A stretch of 63,992 nucleotides of DNA, the filler included, from Octopus bimaculoides (lineage: Eukaryota): the NCBI RefSeq assembly GCF_001194135.2. It is 6 parts of 6 records of this genome, joined end to end, with 100 filler letters (N's around TTAATTAATTAA, not from the genome) between each part and the next. Parts side by side here need not be neighbours in the genome. Positions count along the whole stretch, not along the records: positions 30,621 to 37,893 come from NC_069007.1; positions 37,994 to 58,094 come from NC_068982.1; 4 more parts are not named here. One strand, written 5' to 3'. Positions within the stretch are counted from its first letter, which is position 1, and each line of letters opens with the position of its first letter. Below the pieces are notes generated by a model. The model was given only the letters and a program-made list of their open reading frames with translations, did no database searches and was not told the origin of the DNA. Shown piece after piece: positions 35,576-49,438 of the stretch. A program made the position numbers and the translations under genes.

Positions 35576-37893
35576 AACAAAAATGAAGACATGTGGCCTT
35601 GTGTTTAAGATTATGGTTTCAGTCCCTGGTCAGGGTGGGGCATTGTGTTTCTTGGGAAAAACATTTCATTTTATTTTTGCTCCAGTCCACTCATCTCTAA
35701 AGGAGTTACAGCAGCAGCAGCTGGTAAGTTGACCCTGTGAGGGACTGGCGTCTTATCCAGGAGGGTGGGTGGGTAGTGTTTTAAACTCACTCACTTATAC
35801 ATCAAGGAAACCAGGCCAAACTCCGGCCTTAACGGCCCTGGGGCTCTGGACAAACTCAAGTCTTATTTAAAAAATAAAACAAAATCACAGTTTTTAGTTA
35901 ATTTTTGTTGTTAGATTCTAAACATGTCCACCATGAAAACACAAAAAAAAAAAAAATAATAATAATAATAATAATGATAATATAATATAAAAAGACGAAC
36001 AAAACTTATATACCTCACATTTATTTTATTTTTATATTATTCGTGCTCAGAAATATATTTTGAAAACAAAAAAATTACCCAAAAAAACTTGTGTGAATCT
36101 GATATTTATTTTAAAAAAATAAACCTTTCATGATTATATTTTCCGTAGACAACCACTGTATTTCAATATGGTTTCCAATAAATAATCAAGATTTTGAAGA
36201 AGTTTAGTAAAAATAAAATATGTGTAAATTTGTAAATTGGTATTACATATTTATTGCATATTTTACTTGAGTGTTACCTGTAATATTGTTTGTCTTTTAC
36301 ATGTTTCTGTTATTGGACTTCGGCCATGCTTCGGTGCAATATCTTGACTTGCACATGACATGGATAAAACTGACGGAAGGTTGCACATCACCTGCCTCAC
36401 TCTCTCGTCCCTTCTTATCGGATTGCATTGGCAGGACAAAGCCAAGATCACTAGAGATAAGCCAGGATGCAGTGGATGACCAGTGACCTCTGTGTCTCAT
36501 CGTGCCCTGTTTGTGCTCCACAATGCTTGTTGGTCAGCCTTTTTGCCTGTTGAACCAATCTTGTGGTTTCTTCTGCACTTTCCACTGGGTCCAGTATTGT
36601 GACAACACCATCTTAACAGTGGTCAGGTGTTTTTATTGTGGTCACACTGTCTCTACATTGACCATACTGTCCATAGTGACAACCCCATATCTATTCCGAT
36701 CACACAATCTTCATGATGGCTGCACTGTTTTTTAAAATCTAATCAAAACAAATTTCTTGTTTGTATCAACCAATTATTATTAATCGATGTAATATGACTG
36801 AAAATTATCCACAAATGACAAATCTATGTTCTCAGCATTATCCGTCGAATGAGGTTTAGTTGCCAGGTGAAAAGAATTTGGTGATACAAGGGAAATAGAA
36901 CTCAAAACATGAGTATGCATAGATGTGTGTATATGCATTCTCTTCTGTGAAGTCTTCCACTGAGGAAGGAACTAGTTTCTAACAAAGGTACCAAACTCCA
37001 TTATTGGAATGTCGATGACGAAAACAATGTCACGTTTTAGACTTGAGTAAAGTCTTGCGTATTTTTAGTGTTCCCCTTACAGATTGTATTTGTAATGCGT
37101 GAATACGTTGTATGATTTCTCTTTCTGAAAACTTTGCCTTAACCAGATTGTCACTCAGGCATTTTACTCACAAAACCAACTGTACCAATTATTATTGATA
37201 CAAATGTGGATTTATTATCTGGATATAGAAACTAGTTGTCCATAGTTATCCTCTTCCTCTATTTTCTCTTATTATGTATTTAGTAGCATAGCTTTCGAAG
37301 TGTGATGTAATGTAGCAGCCCAAGAGAGGCTTCGTTTCATGGCGATATTACTGTCCTATATACGTGTGTACGTGTTTGTATGTGTAGATAAGTAAATTTT
37401 AATTTAATCAGCAAAACTTCGAAGTGGCGAGGGCTTCGTGCATTGGCACTTATCAAACTGGTAACAGTCACTTAGTAGCTTCTGCCGATTGAGTAAAAAA
37501 TAAGGGAGATAAATCCACTAGAATTAAAGTTATGTCCCTTTATACAAACGCCTTTCACGTGTAAGTGCTACCAGTCGAGAACTCCGCATACTGGAAGCCA
37601 GCAAGTGTTTGGGGTCATCAGGAGAGAATGCGTGCTGCTTCGGGGCCTCCCTCTCGATGACATCATTGTGCACCCAGCCCCCCACCCACTGATATGAAGC
37701 CCCGCTTGCTAGATCAACTGGTTATTAAAAACAAAGCTCAATATTCTTCTAGCCACCACGTCACGTAATTATATTAACAAGCCACTTGGACCCCAAACAG
37801 TTTCCATCACTCGTAGTTTAGCTAAAACCCCGAGTCAACGTGAAACAAAGTGTCTTGCTCAAGAACACAACACACAGCCCAGTCCGGGAATCG

Positions 37894-37993
37894 NNNNNNN
37901 NNNNNNNNNNNNNNNNNNNNNNNNNNNNNNNNNNNNNTTAATTAATTAANNNNNNNNNNNNNNNNNNNNNNNNNNNNNNNNNNNNNNNNNNNN
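37894..37993. other. Artificial assembly linker
   Basis: 44 N + TTAATTAATTAA (37938-37949) + 44 N. Confidence 0.95.
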
Positions 37994-38176
37994 CGTACAT
38001 ATATACGTATATGTATGTATATATATATATGTACGTATATGTCTTTCTTACTTAATTACTGACATAACCGATTTCAAAAAGAAACAGAACTGGTGTCGAT
38101 TTGTTTGATTGAAATCATTGAAGGCCTTGCCCCAGCATTGCCTGAGTCTGTGACTGAGGCTAGTAAAAGATAAACG

Positions 38177-38260
38177 ATGCACCACCTGTCGTCACACATG
38201 AAAGATGTACCACCTGTCGTCACACATGAAAGATGCACCACCTGTCGTCACACATGAAAG
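38177..38260. repeat. 28-bp tandem repeat x3
   Basis: ATG(C/T)ACCACCTGTCGTCACACATGAAAG three times, one mismatch, no spacers. Confidence 0.95.
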
Positions 38261-38854
38261 CTCTTGTAATTAGAATTTTAAAATGTTTATTGTCCTAAAA
38301 TTTTCCAACGTTTCATGAGGTAATTATGCCAATTGAATTCTTTTCCATTTCCCATTGAACTCATTCACAATGACCAGTTGTCTCTCTGGTCTCTTCCACT
38401 TGACGAGCGAAACAAAAGTACACAGAATCTTCTCTCTTGGTTTTTATCTCTTACAACACACGGAAACCGAGAGACACATGTGGCATTATGTAGTTTCATA
38501 TGGGGAGGGGGGGATTAATAGTGGTGGTGGTGGTTGTAGTAGTAGTAGCAGTGATGTCAAAATCTCGGTAAAGATTTTAATTTGGTTCTTCTTTGTTTCA
38601 TTTTTTGCTTTTGTCTATTTTAATTCCAACTGTGGATGTTTGTTATATTGGTGCTGGTACATCATGCGTTTGTTATTCAAAATAACTTAACAATCAGTTG
38701 AAAGCTTTACAACTTTGCTATGGTGGTATTGAAATTCTGAAGGTTAGAACATGCAGGCTGTTCCATTGATCGGCGCAACTGGAGCACTCATCGTCATAAC
38801 CAACAGAGTACTAGTTTTAAATGTCTACAAAAATCCATTTACTCTAGTATAGTG

Positions 38855-38916
<62 letters not shown>

Positions 38917-39480
38917 CCTTCACTGTAGATTGGCATGTGAAGAACTCCAAGACAGACCTTCTGTTAAGTTCTTTAATATCATCATCGTGCCNNNNNNNNN
39001 NNNNNNNNNNNNNNNNNNNNNNNNNNNNNNNNNNNNNNNNNNNNNNNNNNNNNNNNNNNNNNNNNNNNNNNNNNNNNNNNNNNNNNNNNNNNNNNNNNNN
39101 NNNNNNNNNNNNNNNNNNNNNNNNNNNNNNNNNNNNNNNNNNNNNNNNNNNNNNNNNNNNNNNNNNNNNNNNNNNNNNNNNNNNNNNNNNNNGTCTTTTA
39201 AATATATTTGTGTGGTTAGCATTGAAGAGCCTAGTTGTACAAGATGGCTATTTAATGACTGCAGCATGTGTTTGTTTAGTTGGGATAAACAACACCAGCA
39301 GACCCGACATTGCTTGGTGTTTGTTTAATGATAATCACAGGCGTTTTTTTGTTTGTGAAAATATTTCTTGAATAACGGCAGATTATCAGATAAAAATCTG
39401 TAGTTTTATAGTTCCAGCATTCAGGTTAGTAACCAGTGGTGGTCACAGTTTTCAGGTACACACTCTGTGTGTATGTGTGT

Positions 39481-39524
<44 letters not shown>

Positions 39525-39900
39525 ATGTATATACTCTTTTTTTCTTTCTCTCTTTACTTGTTTCAGTCATTTGACTGCAGCCATGCTGGAGCACCGCCTT
39601 TTAGTCAAGCAAATCGACCCTAGGACTTATTCTTTGGAAGCCTAGTACTTATTCTATCAGTCTTTTTTGCCGAACTGCTAAGTTACAAGGATGTAAACAC
39701 ACCACCATTGGTTGTCAAGCGATGCTGGGGGGACAAACACAGACACACAAACATATACACACATACATACATATATACGACGGGCTTCTTTCAGTTTCTG
39801 TCTACCAAATCCACTCACAAGGCTTTGATCAGCCCCAGGCTATAGTAGAAGACACTTGCCCAAGGTGCCACGCAGTGGGAATGAACCCGGAACCATGTGG

Positions 39901-39970
<70 letters not shown>

Positions 39971-40261
39971 CATATATATATGTATATAAATGTGTGTGTG
40001 TGTGTGCATGAGAGGGAGAGAGAGAGAGAGACAGCCAGTTAGTACCAAATGCAAATATTCTCTGGAGCATAATCTTTATGGGTGTCCTAATAACTTAATC
40101 ACAAAATTGCTACAACTCCGCAAGTGTTTATCTTCCATCATAAATGTTTCATTAGGCGAAATCATTCAACAAAATTGTCGTAGCTGTTCATGTGACCTTT
40201 CCAATATAACAACAACAGCATGTATAAACACTCTCACCTTTTTAAGTACTTCAATTGCCAT

Positions 40262-40430
40262 ATATAGGTGCAGGCGTGGCTGTGTGGTAAGAAGCTTGCT
40301 TCCCCACAGCATGGCTCTAGATTCAGTTCCACTGTGGCACTTTGGGCAAATGTCTTCTACTGTCACCTTGGGTCGACTTAAGCCTTTTGGGTGGGCTTGG
40401 TTGAAGGGAACTGAAACAAAACCCATCGTG
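40262..40430 (+). mobile_element. SINE family B, + orientation
   Basis: ATAGGTGCAGGCGTGGCTGTGTGGTAAGAAGCTTGCTTC...GGCACTTTGGGCAAATGTCTTCTAC. Other + copies at about 43780-43940 and 53190-53340. Confidence 0.78.
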
Positions 40431-41748
40431 TGTGTGTGTGTGTGTGCATTTGTCTTCGAGCACTGCTTGACAACCAATGTTTTTCAGCAAAAGAGATCAA
40501 CAGAAGAAGTGTTAGGCTTTAAAAAACAAAACAAGTCCTGGGGTTGATTCGCTCAACTAAAATTCTTGAAGACATTGCTCCAGCATGGCCACAGTCTAAG
40601 TCCTGAAAGAAGTATGTGAATACAATGATGGGGAAAGAGTGAGGAGTGCCCCCTAAAGTGAACCATTTGTGCCTCCCACTCAGTAGTTACTCCAGATTTT
40701 TCTTCTGTTTTCTAATTTTGTCTCTTCACAAATGAATGAAAGCTAACAAAGGTTCAGTTTCAATCTATTGGAATCATCTGCAAAAACAAAATACTCTCAT
40801 TTTATTCTTGCTCCATATTGGTGGCAGAGTTGATTGACATAATAATCCCACCAGTTATTAAAACAACTGTAATTAATCTATAAGATACTGCTATCCTAAA
40901 TCTTTTGATTGTTTTATGTCAAAACAGGAGATTTGAACATTTTTCTGGTATAATTTATCCACTATTACACATGTTTCATTTATTAATAAGGATTACCAAA
41001 TTGTACATGTAGGATAAACATGTAAGATCTCCTCAATTAGAAATTCTCAGATAGAATCAAATAATACAAAACCTACATTTGGATGAAGTGTTTGTATAGA
41101 ATTAGTAATCAGGAGTCCTTTGGGTGGTCAGAGGTGAAAAAGATATATCTAGTGATATAGAAAAGGGAGAGAAGGGGTTAGACAATGAAGTAATGAGTGT
41201 AAGACACGACTATGCATCTATATATGTGAACAAATATTTTCTAGTATTTTCAACTCTTATGCATGCCTCACACAAATATAAAATCTACAAACGGATTTGG
41301 CATACAGGAATAAACAGATGTGATTCAAGGGGACACAGCTTGGAGTTTAAACCTTTCTACATAATCATCATCATTTAGCATCCATTGTCCATGCTGGCAT
41401 GGGTTGGATGGTTTGACCAGGGCTGACAAGCTGGAAGGCTGTACTAGACTCCAGTCTGGTTTGGCATGGTTTCTACAGCTGGATGCCCTTCCTAACTCCA
41501 ACCACTCTGAAAGTGTAATGGGTGCTTTTATGTGCCACTGGCATGAGTGCCATTTGCCTGACACTGGTATTTGCCATGACTGCAATTTTGCTTGGCTTGA
41601 TGGGTCTTAAGCTTGACATAATGCCAAAGGCCTCGGTCATTGCCTCCCATGAGGCCCAACACTAGAAAGGAGCTCAGCCACTTTGTCTCCGTGAGGCCCA
41701 ACACTCAATGCCAAAGGTCTCGGTCATTGCCTCCATCAAGCAATACAT

Positions 41749-41780
<32 letters not shown>

Positions 41781-41836
41781 TGCTGTAACTGTGGCATGAG
41801 GATGAATGTTTTCAGATGGTGCTGCTGCTAATGTAC

Positions 41837-42067
41837 AGGAATAACTTTGACGCTTTTGTGTGTCTCCTTTTTGGGGAACAGCTTGATGTATTGGTGAATG
41901 GTCAATGGCATTGAAGAGCAAAGAGATTAAAGTAGCTGAGAAAGAATTGGCTGACGCAGAGGATTGGAAGCCATCTGAATATTGGGAAAGATTATCTGTA
42001 TCATGACGATTCACGCTGGATACCAGAATACCAGCATCATGACAGCTGCTCAGGAATCTGTGGACAG
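41837..42067 (-). CDS. Candidate exon, unknown product (VHRFLSSCHDAGILVSSVNRHDT...QKRQSYS)
   Basis: GC-richer unique island between microsatellites, CAG acceptor after (TA)n, open frame of 231 nt, weak GTACAT donor. Confidence 0.22.
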
Positions 42068-42884
42068 CTGTATATATGTATATATATATATACATATATA
42101 TATACGCACGCACACAATATACATACTTAGGTGTGTTTGTGTGTGTGTATACAACAAACTAGCACGATGTCAATTACGACTATGATGGTTCTTGTTGATC
42201 TGATCAATGGAACAGCCTGCTCATGAAACTAATATGCAAGTGGCTGAATACTCCACATACACACGTACCCTTAACGTAGTTCTCAAGGAGTTTTGCATGT
42301 CACAGAATGTGACAATACTGGCCCCTTTGAATTACAGGTACAACTCATTTTTGCCAGTTGAATGGATTGAAGCAACATGAAATAAAGTGTCTTGCTCAAG
42401 GACACAATGCACCACCAGGAATTGAACTCACAACCCTATGATTCTGAATTGAATATCCTAACCACTAAGCCACGCACACACACACACATGTATAACGTGT
42501 GTGTGTGTGTGTGTGTGTGTGTAATTTAATAAGATACTCCCTGCTCAATATGTGTGCTGGTCTCAGTTGAGGTTGCTGAAAGAAGTCAATGGTGGTGGTG
42601 GTGGTGGTGGTGGCAGTGGTGGTGGTGGTGGTACATGAGGGAGTGATCTCTGTTCTTTCTATCTCTTCAAGAACACGTGTTATATTGTGTGGCACTGGAA
42701 CAAGCCCACATTATGTCTTGTGAAGGGCTTGGACGAACTGACTGGCTACATTGTTGGACTGCAGGAGCTGATTACTGACACACCACCTGTGTGTGTGTGT
42801 GTATATACAGTGAATGTGTATGGCACGTATGTGTGTATATACAGTAAGATGAGCGTGTGTGTAATATGTGTATACAGCAGGTGG

Positions 42885-42930
<46 letters not shown>

Positions 42931-43175
42931 CATTAGATGGAATGGAAGCTGTGTGTGACGTGTGTGTGTGTGTGTATATACAGTATATGACGTCTACAAT
43001 GTGGAATCTATAATGTGTGCACGAATGTGTATGGTGTATATACACAGTAGGTGGAGTCTGTATGTGTATGTATATATATATATATATAGATATGTGTATG
43101 TGCATGTGTGTATATGTATGTATATAATATATATAAAGATATGTGCGTTTGTATATACATACATACATACATACG

Positions 43176-43246
<71 letters not shown>

Positions 43247-46200
43247 CTATATATACACACACACACAAACACCCAACACACACACATATGTGCAGTAGTG
43301 AGACATGTATAATGTGTGTGTGTGAAGACGATTAGTTTGAGGAAACCCGTACATAAGAAGGCGGCCTTTCATTTCTGGAAAGCAATGTTCCTCAGTTTCT
43401 TGTTTCCACAGAACAATATCGAGATTGTAGTCGGAATCTTGTGCTCTGACGATACTCGCTTCTTCCACATTCTTCCTCTCTTCACCATTATTCCTTTTTA
43501 ATTACCCATTCAACACACAAGTTGCTTCTTGTTATTCTTCATCTCCTCCTCCTCCTCCTCCTCCTCCTCTTCCAACAAGACTTTCCATATATGTAAATCT
43601 GCTCTGGCACTATCTGTATTCTTTAACATATGTGTCAATCAGTAATTGCAGGTCAAAGGTTATTGGTTCGTGCATGTGTGTGTGTGTGTGTGTGTAATAT
43701 ATAAAGTGCTGGTAGAGACACAGCATTTCATTTTACAACCGTTTTATACTACCAAGTATAAAACGAAGGTTCATAATAAGGCATGTCTGTGTAGAAAGAA
43801 GCTTGCTTCCTAACCACATGGTCCCAGGTTCAGTCCCACTGCATGGCACCTTGGGCAAGTGCCACATCTACTACAGCCTCGGACCAACCAAAGCCTTGTG
43901 AGTGGATTTAGTAGATGGAAACTGAAAGAAGCCTGTTGTGAAATTTTTTCGCCATGAACGGTTTGTGTTTTTAAACGGAGTGTATTTTTTCTGATGTTAT
44001 ATCTGTTCCTGAATGATGTGTAAAGAAATTTTGATTTAAGCATCTTAATGAATTCTTTATACTGAAATATATATTGAAGAAGATAAATATGTTCTTTTGA
44101 ATTTATACGTTTTTGCGTCGTAACTCCTTTATTATTATTAATAATATTACCAAAAGGATCGATTCTTGAAGAGTCTGCATATCTTCACTGTCGTTTTTTT
44201 CTGCTATTTTGGTGNNNNNNNNNNNNNNNNNNNNNNNNNNNNNNNNNNNNNNNNNNNNNNNNNNNNNNNNNNNNNNNNNNNNNNNNNNNNNNNNNNNNNN
44301 NNNNNNNNNNNNNNNNNNNNNNNNNNNNNNNNNNNNNNNNNNNNNNNNNNNNNNNNNNNNNNNNNNNNNNNNNNNNNNNNNNNNNNNNNNNNNNNNNNNN
44401 NNNNNNNNNNNNNNNNNNNNNNNNNNNNNNNNNNNNNNNNNNNNNNNNNNNNNNNNNNNNNNNNNNNNNNNNNNNNNNNNNNNNNNNNNNNNNNNNNNNN
44501 NNNNNNNNNNNNNNNNNNNNNNNNNNNNNNNNNNNNNNNNNNNNNNNNNNNNNNNNNNNNNNNNNNNNNNNNNNNNNNNNNNNNNNNNNNNNNNNNNNNN
44601 NNNNNNNNNNNNNNNNNNNNNNNNNNNNNNNNNNNNNNNNNNNNNNNNNNNNNNNNNNNNNNNNNNNNNNNNNNNNNNNNNNNNNNNNNNNNNNNNNNNN
44701 NNNNNNNNNNNNNNNNNNNNNNNNNNNNNNNNNNNNNNNNNNNNNNNNNNNNNNNNNNNNNNNNNNNNNNNGTGACACGTAAAAGCACCCACTACACTCT
44801 CTGAGTGGTTGGCGTTAGGAAGGGCATCCAGCTGTAGAAACTCTGCCAAATCAGACTGGAGCCTGGTGTTGCCATCCGGTTTCACCAGTCCTCAGTCAAA
44901 TCGTCCAACCCATGCTAGCATGGAAAGCGGACGTTAAACGATGATGATGATGATGATGATGTATATATATATATATATGTGTGTGTGTATATAAATATAA
45001 GGCTCCAATCTTATCTGGCAGAGTTTCTACAGCTGGATGCCCTTCCTAATGTCAGCTATTCTGAGAGTGTAGTGGGCGCTTTTACGTGCCACTGGCATGA
45101 GGGCCAGTCAGGCGGTACTGGTGACAGCCACGCACAAATGGTGTTTTTTATGTGCCACCTGCACAGGGTACTGGCAACGACCTCTCTCGAATGTTGTTTT
45201 TCACATGCCACTGGCACAAGTGCCAGTAAGGCAATGCTGGTAATGATCACGCTCGAATGGTTCTTTTTATGTGCCACCGGCACGGGAGCCAGTCAGCGGC
45301 CCTGGCAACAATCTCACTCGGATGGTGCGGATGGTGCGTTTAACGTTCCACTGGCACAGGTGCCAGTCAGGCGGTGCTGTCATTGGCCAACAATATCCTT
45401 TGTTTATCAATGGTAAAAAATTTAGAATTATGAATTAGAAAACCATGTTTAAAAGTTTCAATGTTGACAAGTTTAAATGTTCATAACAGATGATCCACAT
45501 ATAAAAAATGTGGATCATCTTGTTTAAATGTACAAAATCCAATAGTGTTAGTAGTGGTCAACAAGAAATGAATATCATCAAAGCTTCAGTCATTCTGAGT
45601 TAAGAGGGAGAAAAACAAGGGAGAAATGAAGATAGTAAAAGAAAAGGGATTTGGTTTACAGTTTCTGTGATTCTCTTGCCGTCGTGTGCAGGGCTTTCGC
45701 TTGTAACTGTGTGTTTTGGAATCCGACGTATCTGTAATTTTTTCTGCAAGCGGATCTGATTTTTGATTCATTAAAGTACTGGTGAGGCCTTGTTTTTCTG
45801 GTGGTCAAGTTTGTTGTTCTGCCTGGTTGGAAACGGTCATCAGCCATTCCAGTTGGTTGATTCTCTTAAAGGGTCATTTTATTGTAATAACTTTTATTCA
45901 CCATCTTCAGTAACTCACCAGGGATTGAACAGTCTGTCATAGCATTTTTTTTTTGTTTTTTTTTTTTATCTTCATGCCAAAAAGCCAATTAAAGAACCTC
46001 GATGTGGTCCAATAACCTGCTAGAAATAATAGCCAAATTAACCCTTTCATGAAATGCACTGCCTTTGTTTCAATTAATTTTGGAAATAACTAAGAATTTA
46101 GTAAAATAAGTTTACCATTCTGAAGCTGATGTTTGGAACAGAATTAACGTAAAATTTTAATGGCTTGTTTTAAAACCAGCAGCTTGTATCATAGATTCAG

Positions 46201-46810
46201 GGGCATTTCTTGATGGATTGGCATCAAAAGGGCTGAAAGCGGGAAGAAAATATCAGAAAATGTAATTCTGGACAAATTTGAAACAGTCACATCTGGATTG
46301 TCTTTGATCATAGGCTTGCTCAACCAGAGTTGACTTGGGGCTAAACATAAATAATTCCTGTGTTGAAGGATTGGTCAGAATGAAGCAGTTGATCTGGGAA
46401 TAATTGTTGTGTTATTGTTATTAAATCTGAGAAATTGGTTCTGTTAGGTTGTCACCAAGTCTTTGAGACATACAAAGTTGGTTTCTCAATTGTGTGAACA
46501 TCATCACCATCATCATAAACATGATCATGTCGTCATCATAAACATAACCGTGTCATCACCATCATCATCATCATAAACATAGAAACACTACAGATAAGTT
46601 GGTTCATTGGTGCATTTTTAAGTGAATATTTTTCACCTGTCGCATCAGGTGGGCTTCTTTTCTTTCAAATATTTCTTCAGTTTCTCGGGTATGTTAATAT
46701 TCTAGCAGAAAATAAGCAGATATTTATAATCTGTCTCAAAACATCCCCTAAAACTACATTTTTTTCCCAAACAGCATTTTTTTTCTTTTTTTGCATATTG
46801 TTTTGCCTGT

Positions 46811-46885
<75 letters not shown>

Positions 46886-49397
46886 TCCCCTCCCCTCTGT
46901 TGCTATTGCTGTTCCTGTTTGGTTTGTGAGAATAAAATGACTCACCCTAAACAGCAAATAGATAATACAATCTAACTTTAATTACCAAATTATTTCTCTG
47001 ACCTCACTTCCGGCCACAGTTCTACACTTGTGCTAAATAAATGGGGGAGCTAAGATACAGGACGGAATACGGTTGGAACTCATCACTCGTCTCTAAATTA
47101 AATATTCTGATGATGATGATGATGATGAGAGTGGAGCTTAGTAAAACCATCGCATTCTGCAGACTAGAGTACATCAAACCTCAACTCGTTTTCTTTCTTT
47201 CTTTCTTTCTTTCCTTTTCTTTTCTTTTCTTTTCTGCCATCTTGTGTTGGAACCTGTGTGTTGAAGATTTCTAGCAGGAAATAATAACTTCCTTCTATAT
47301 TCAAAAGACAATAAAGATCTCTCTTGAAGCAAACAAACAAAAACAATCAGCTAATCTCTCAATTCAGCCGTTTGACTAAATTTTATTTTTCAACTTTGAT
47401 TGTCTCTGTGTGTGTGTGTGTGTGTGTGTGTGTTTGTGTCTGTGTGTATGTGTGTCAGTGTGTGTTTATGTTTGTTTCTCCTCATCTTGACATCCACATG
47501 ATAGTATTAAAGTGATTGTCACTGTCACACAAACAGTGACAATCTTTTTCATTATCCAGCATAAACATGTCTGGCTCACGAGGGGAAATATTACCTTGGT
47601 TGGAAGCAGGTGAGGGTTAGCAACAGGAAAGGTATCCAGCTGTAAAAATCAATCACAGCAAATTTTGTTTGACCCATTGAAACATGGAGAAGTGGATGTT
47701 AAGACAATAATCATGATAACATTTGTGTAATCTTTTAGGATTTCTAGTGTCTTAATTTAGTGGTGGTGGTGGGGTGGGGGAATCAATTCTGGTAACTGAA
47801 GGTTTGGCATAAAACCTTAAATTGTTCAAATTGTGAGAAATTCTAGAAATATACTTCACTGAAACAGAATTTAACCAAATGAGAAATCTCTAGAAACCTT
47901 TGTTTAGATTATCAGAATAGCAACTTGAAAGGTTTGGATATCACACATTCCAATTTCATACGTTCTTGTAATGATTGAAATTTCAGCAAATGCCTCTGTG
48001 CACCAAAAATGGAGCTTGTTATCGCAAGACTTGTTTAGAACTAACTACATGACCAGATGCGGTCTGCTGATCTGACTCCACAATTTTAGATGTCATGAAA
48101 GAATGTGGAATCCAGTTATAAATACCAGTTGAACACTGGGGTCGATGTAATCGACTTAACCCCTCCCCCAAACATGCTGGCCTTGTGCCAGAATTTGAAA
48201 CCTTCATCATTATTATTACTACAACATTCTAATTACCTGCTAATTAAATTAGCATGCTAATTTAATTAGCAGGTTTGTTGACAACAAGTCTTCTTAAATC
48301 TCAAGAATTTTTCTTTGGATTCTTGCAGAATATAGAATCACATTTTTCTGCAGGTTTCTATTCTAATCTCTTTCAATCTTTTAGGTAGCATTTTCGGTGC
48401 TATGCCAAATGCACCATTATTATTATTTCTGTTCCTATTGCTTTGTTTTATTCAATCTGTTCCATGTCTCACCCAGAGACCTCAAGTAACAGCAATTTTA
48501 TTTCAAGGAAAGGATACCAAATATGGGAAAATCAAAATTCCGTTAAGTTTGGTGTAATATTTGCAATTTTGAAAGAGTTTTTTCTTTGTTTTTTTTAAGT
48601 CAGATGTTCTCAAGTGGATTGTTTTTTTCTTAGGATATGGGCTGGACCCATGATAGCAATTTTTTGTTATTCTGATATTTTGGGGGTTTCCTAGGATTCG
48701 GCCACCATGTTTAACTACAACATTTGGTATTAAAGGCAGTAACCTGGCAGAAATACTTAGCGGCATTTTGTTCTGAGTTCAAATTCTGCCAAGGTCGACT
48801 TTGCCTTTCATCATTTCGGGGTCAGTAAATTAAGTACCAGTTGTATACTGAGGTCAATCTAATCGAATGGTCTCCTCCCCAAAAATTTCAGTCCTGGTGC
48901 CTTCAGTAGAAAGGATTATTATTATTATTATTATTATTGTGATGAGCTGGCAGAATTGTTAGCACACTAGATGAAATGTTTAACAGTATTTCGTCTGCCA
49001 CTACGGTCTGGGTTCAAATTCCACCAAGGTCAACTTTGCCTTTTGTCCTTTCAGGGTCAATAAATTAAGTACCAGTTGCGTACTGGAGTCAATCTAATTT
49101 ACTAGTTCCCCCCATCCCCACNNNNNNNNNNNNNNNNNNNNNNNNNNNNNNNNNNNNNNNNNNNNNNNNNNNNNNNNNNNNNNNNNNNNNNNNNNNNNNN
49201 NNNNNNNNNNNNNNNNNNNNNNNNNNNNNNNNNNNNNNNNNNNNCGTTAAGATTATTGCATGTTCATGCAGCAATGGAGAATGCACATGCTCTTTTGTGT
49301 AAAAACACGTACACTGTTTTATATGAAAAATATGTTGTCTATTGACTTTATTACACATGCTGGCCACCGGTAGAAAATTTCTTAAAATTTTCTATCC

Positions 49398-49438
<41 letters not shown>

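Noticed and set aside
34851-35732. Poly-N/D/I/M ORFs
   Set aside because: Translations of the TAA/TGA trinucleotide arrays.
38177-38260. CRISPR-like repeat length (28 bp)
   Set aside because: Head-to-tail with no spacers, in eukaryotic context. The same applies to the 47-bp repeat at 27903.
46610-46730. SOCS-box-like NINIPEKLKKYLKEK* on the minus strand
   Set aside because: Only a short resemblance, the LxxLCR half is absent, and there is an in-frame stop upstream.
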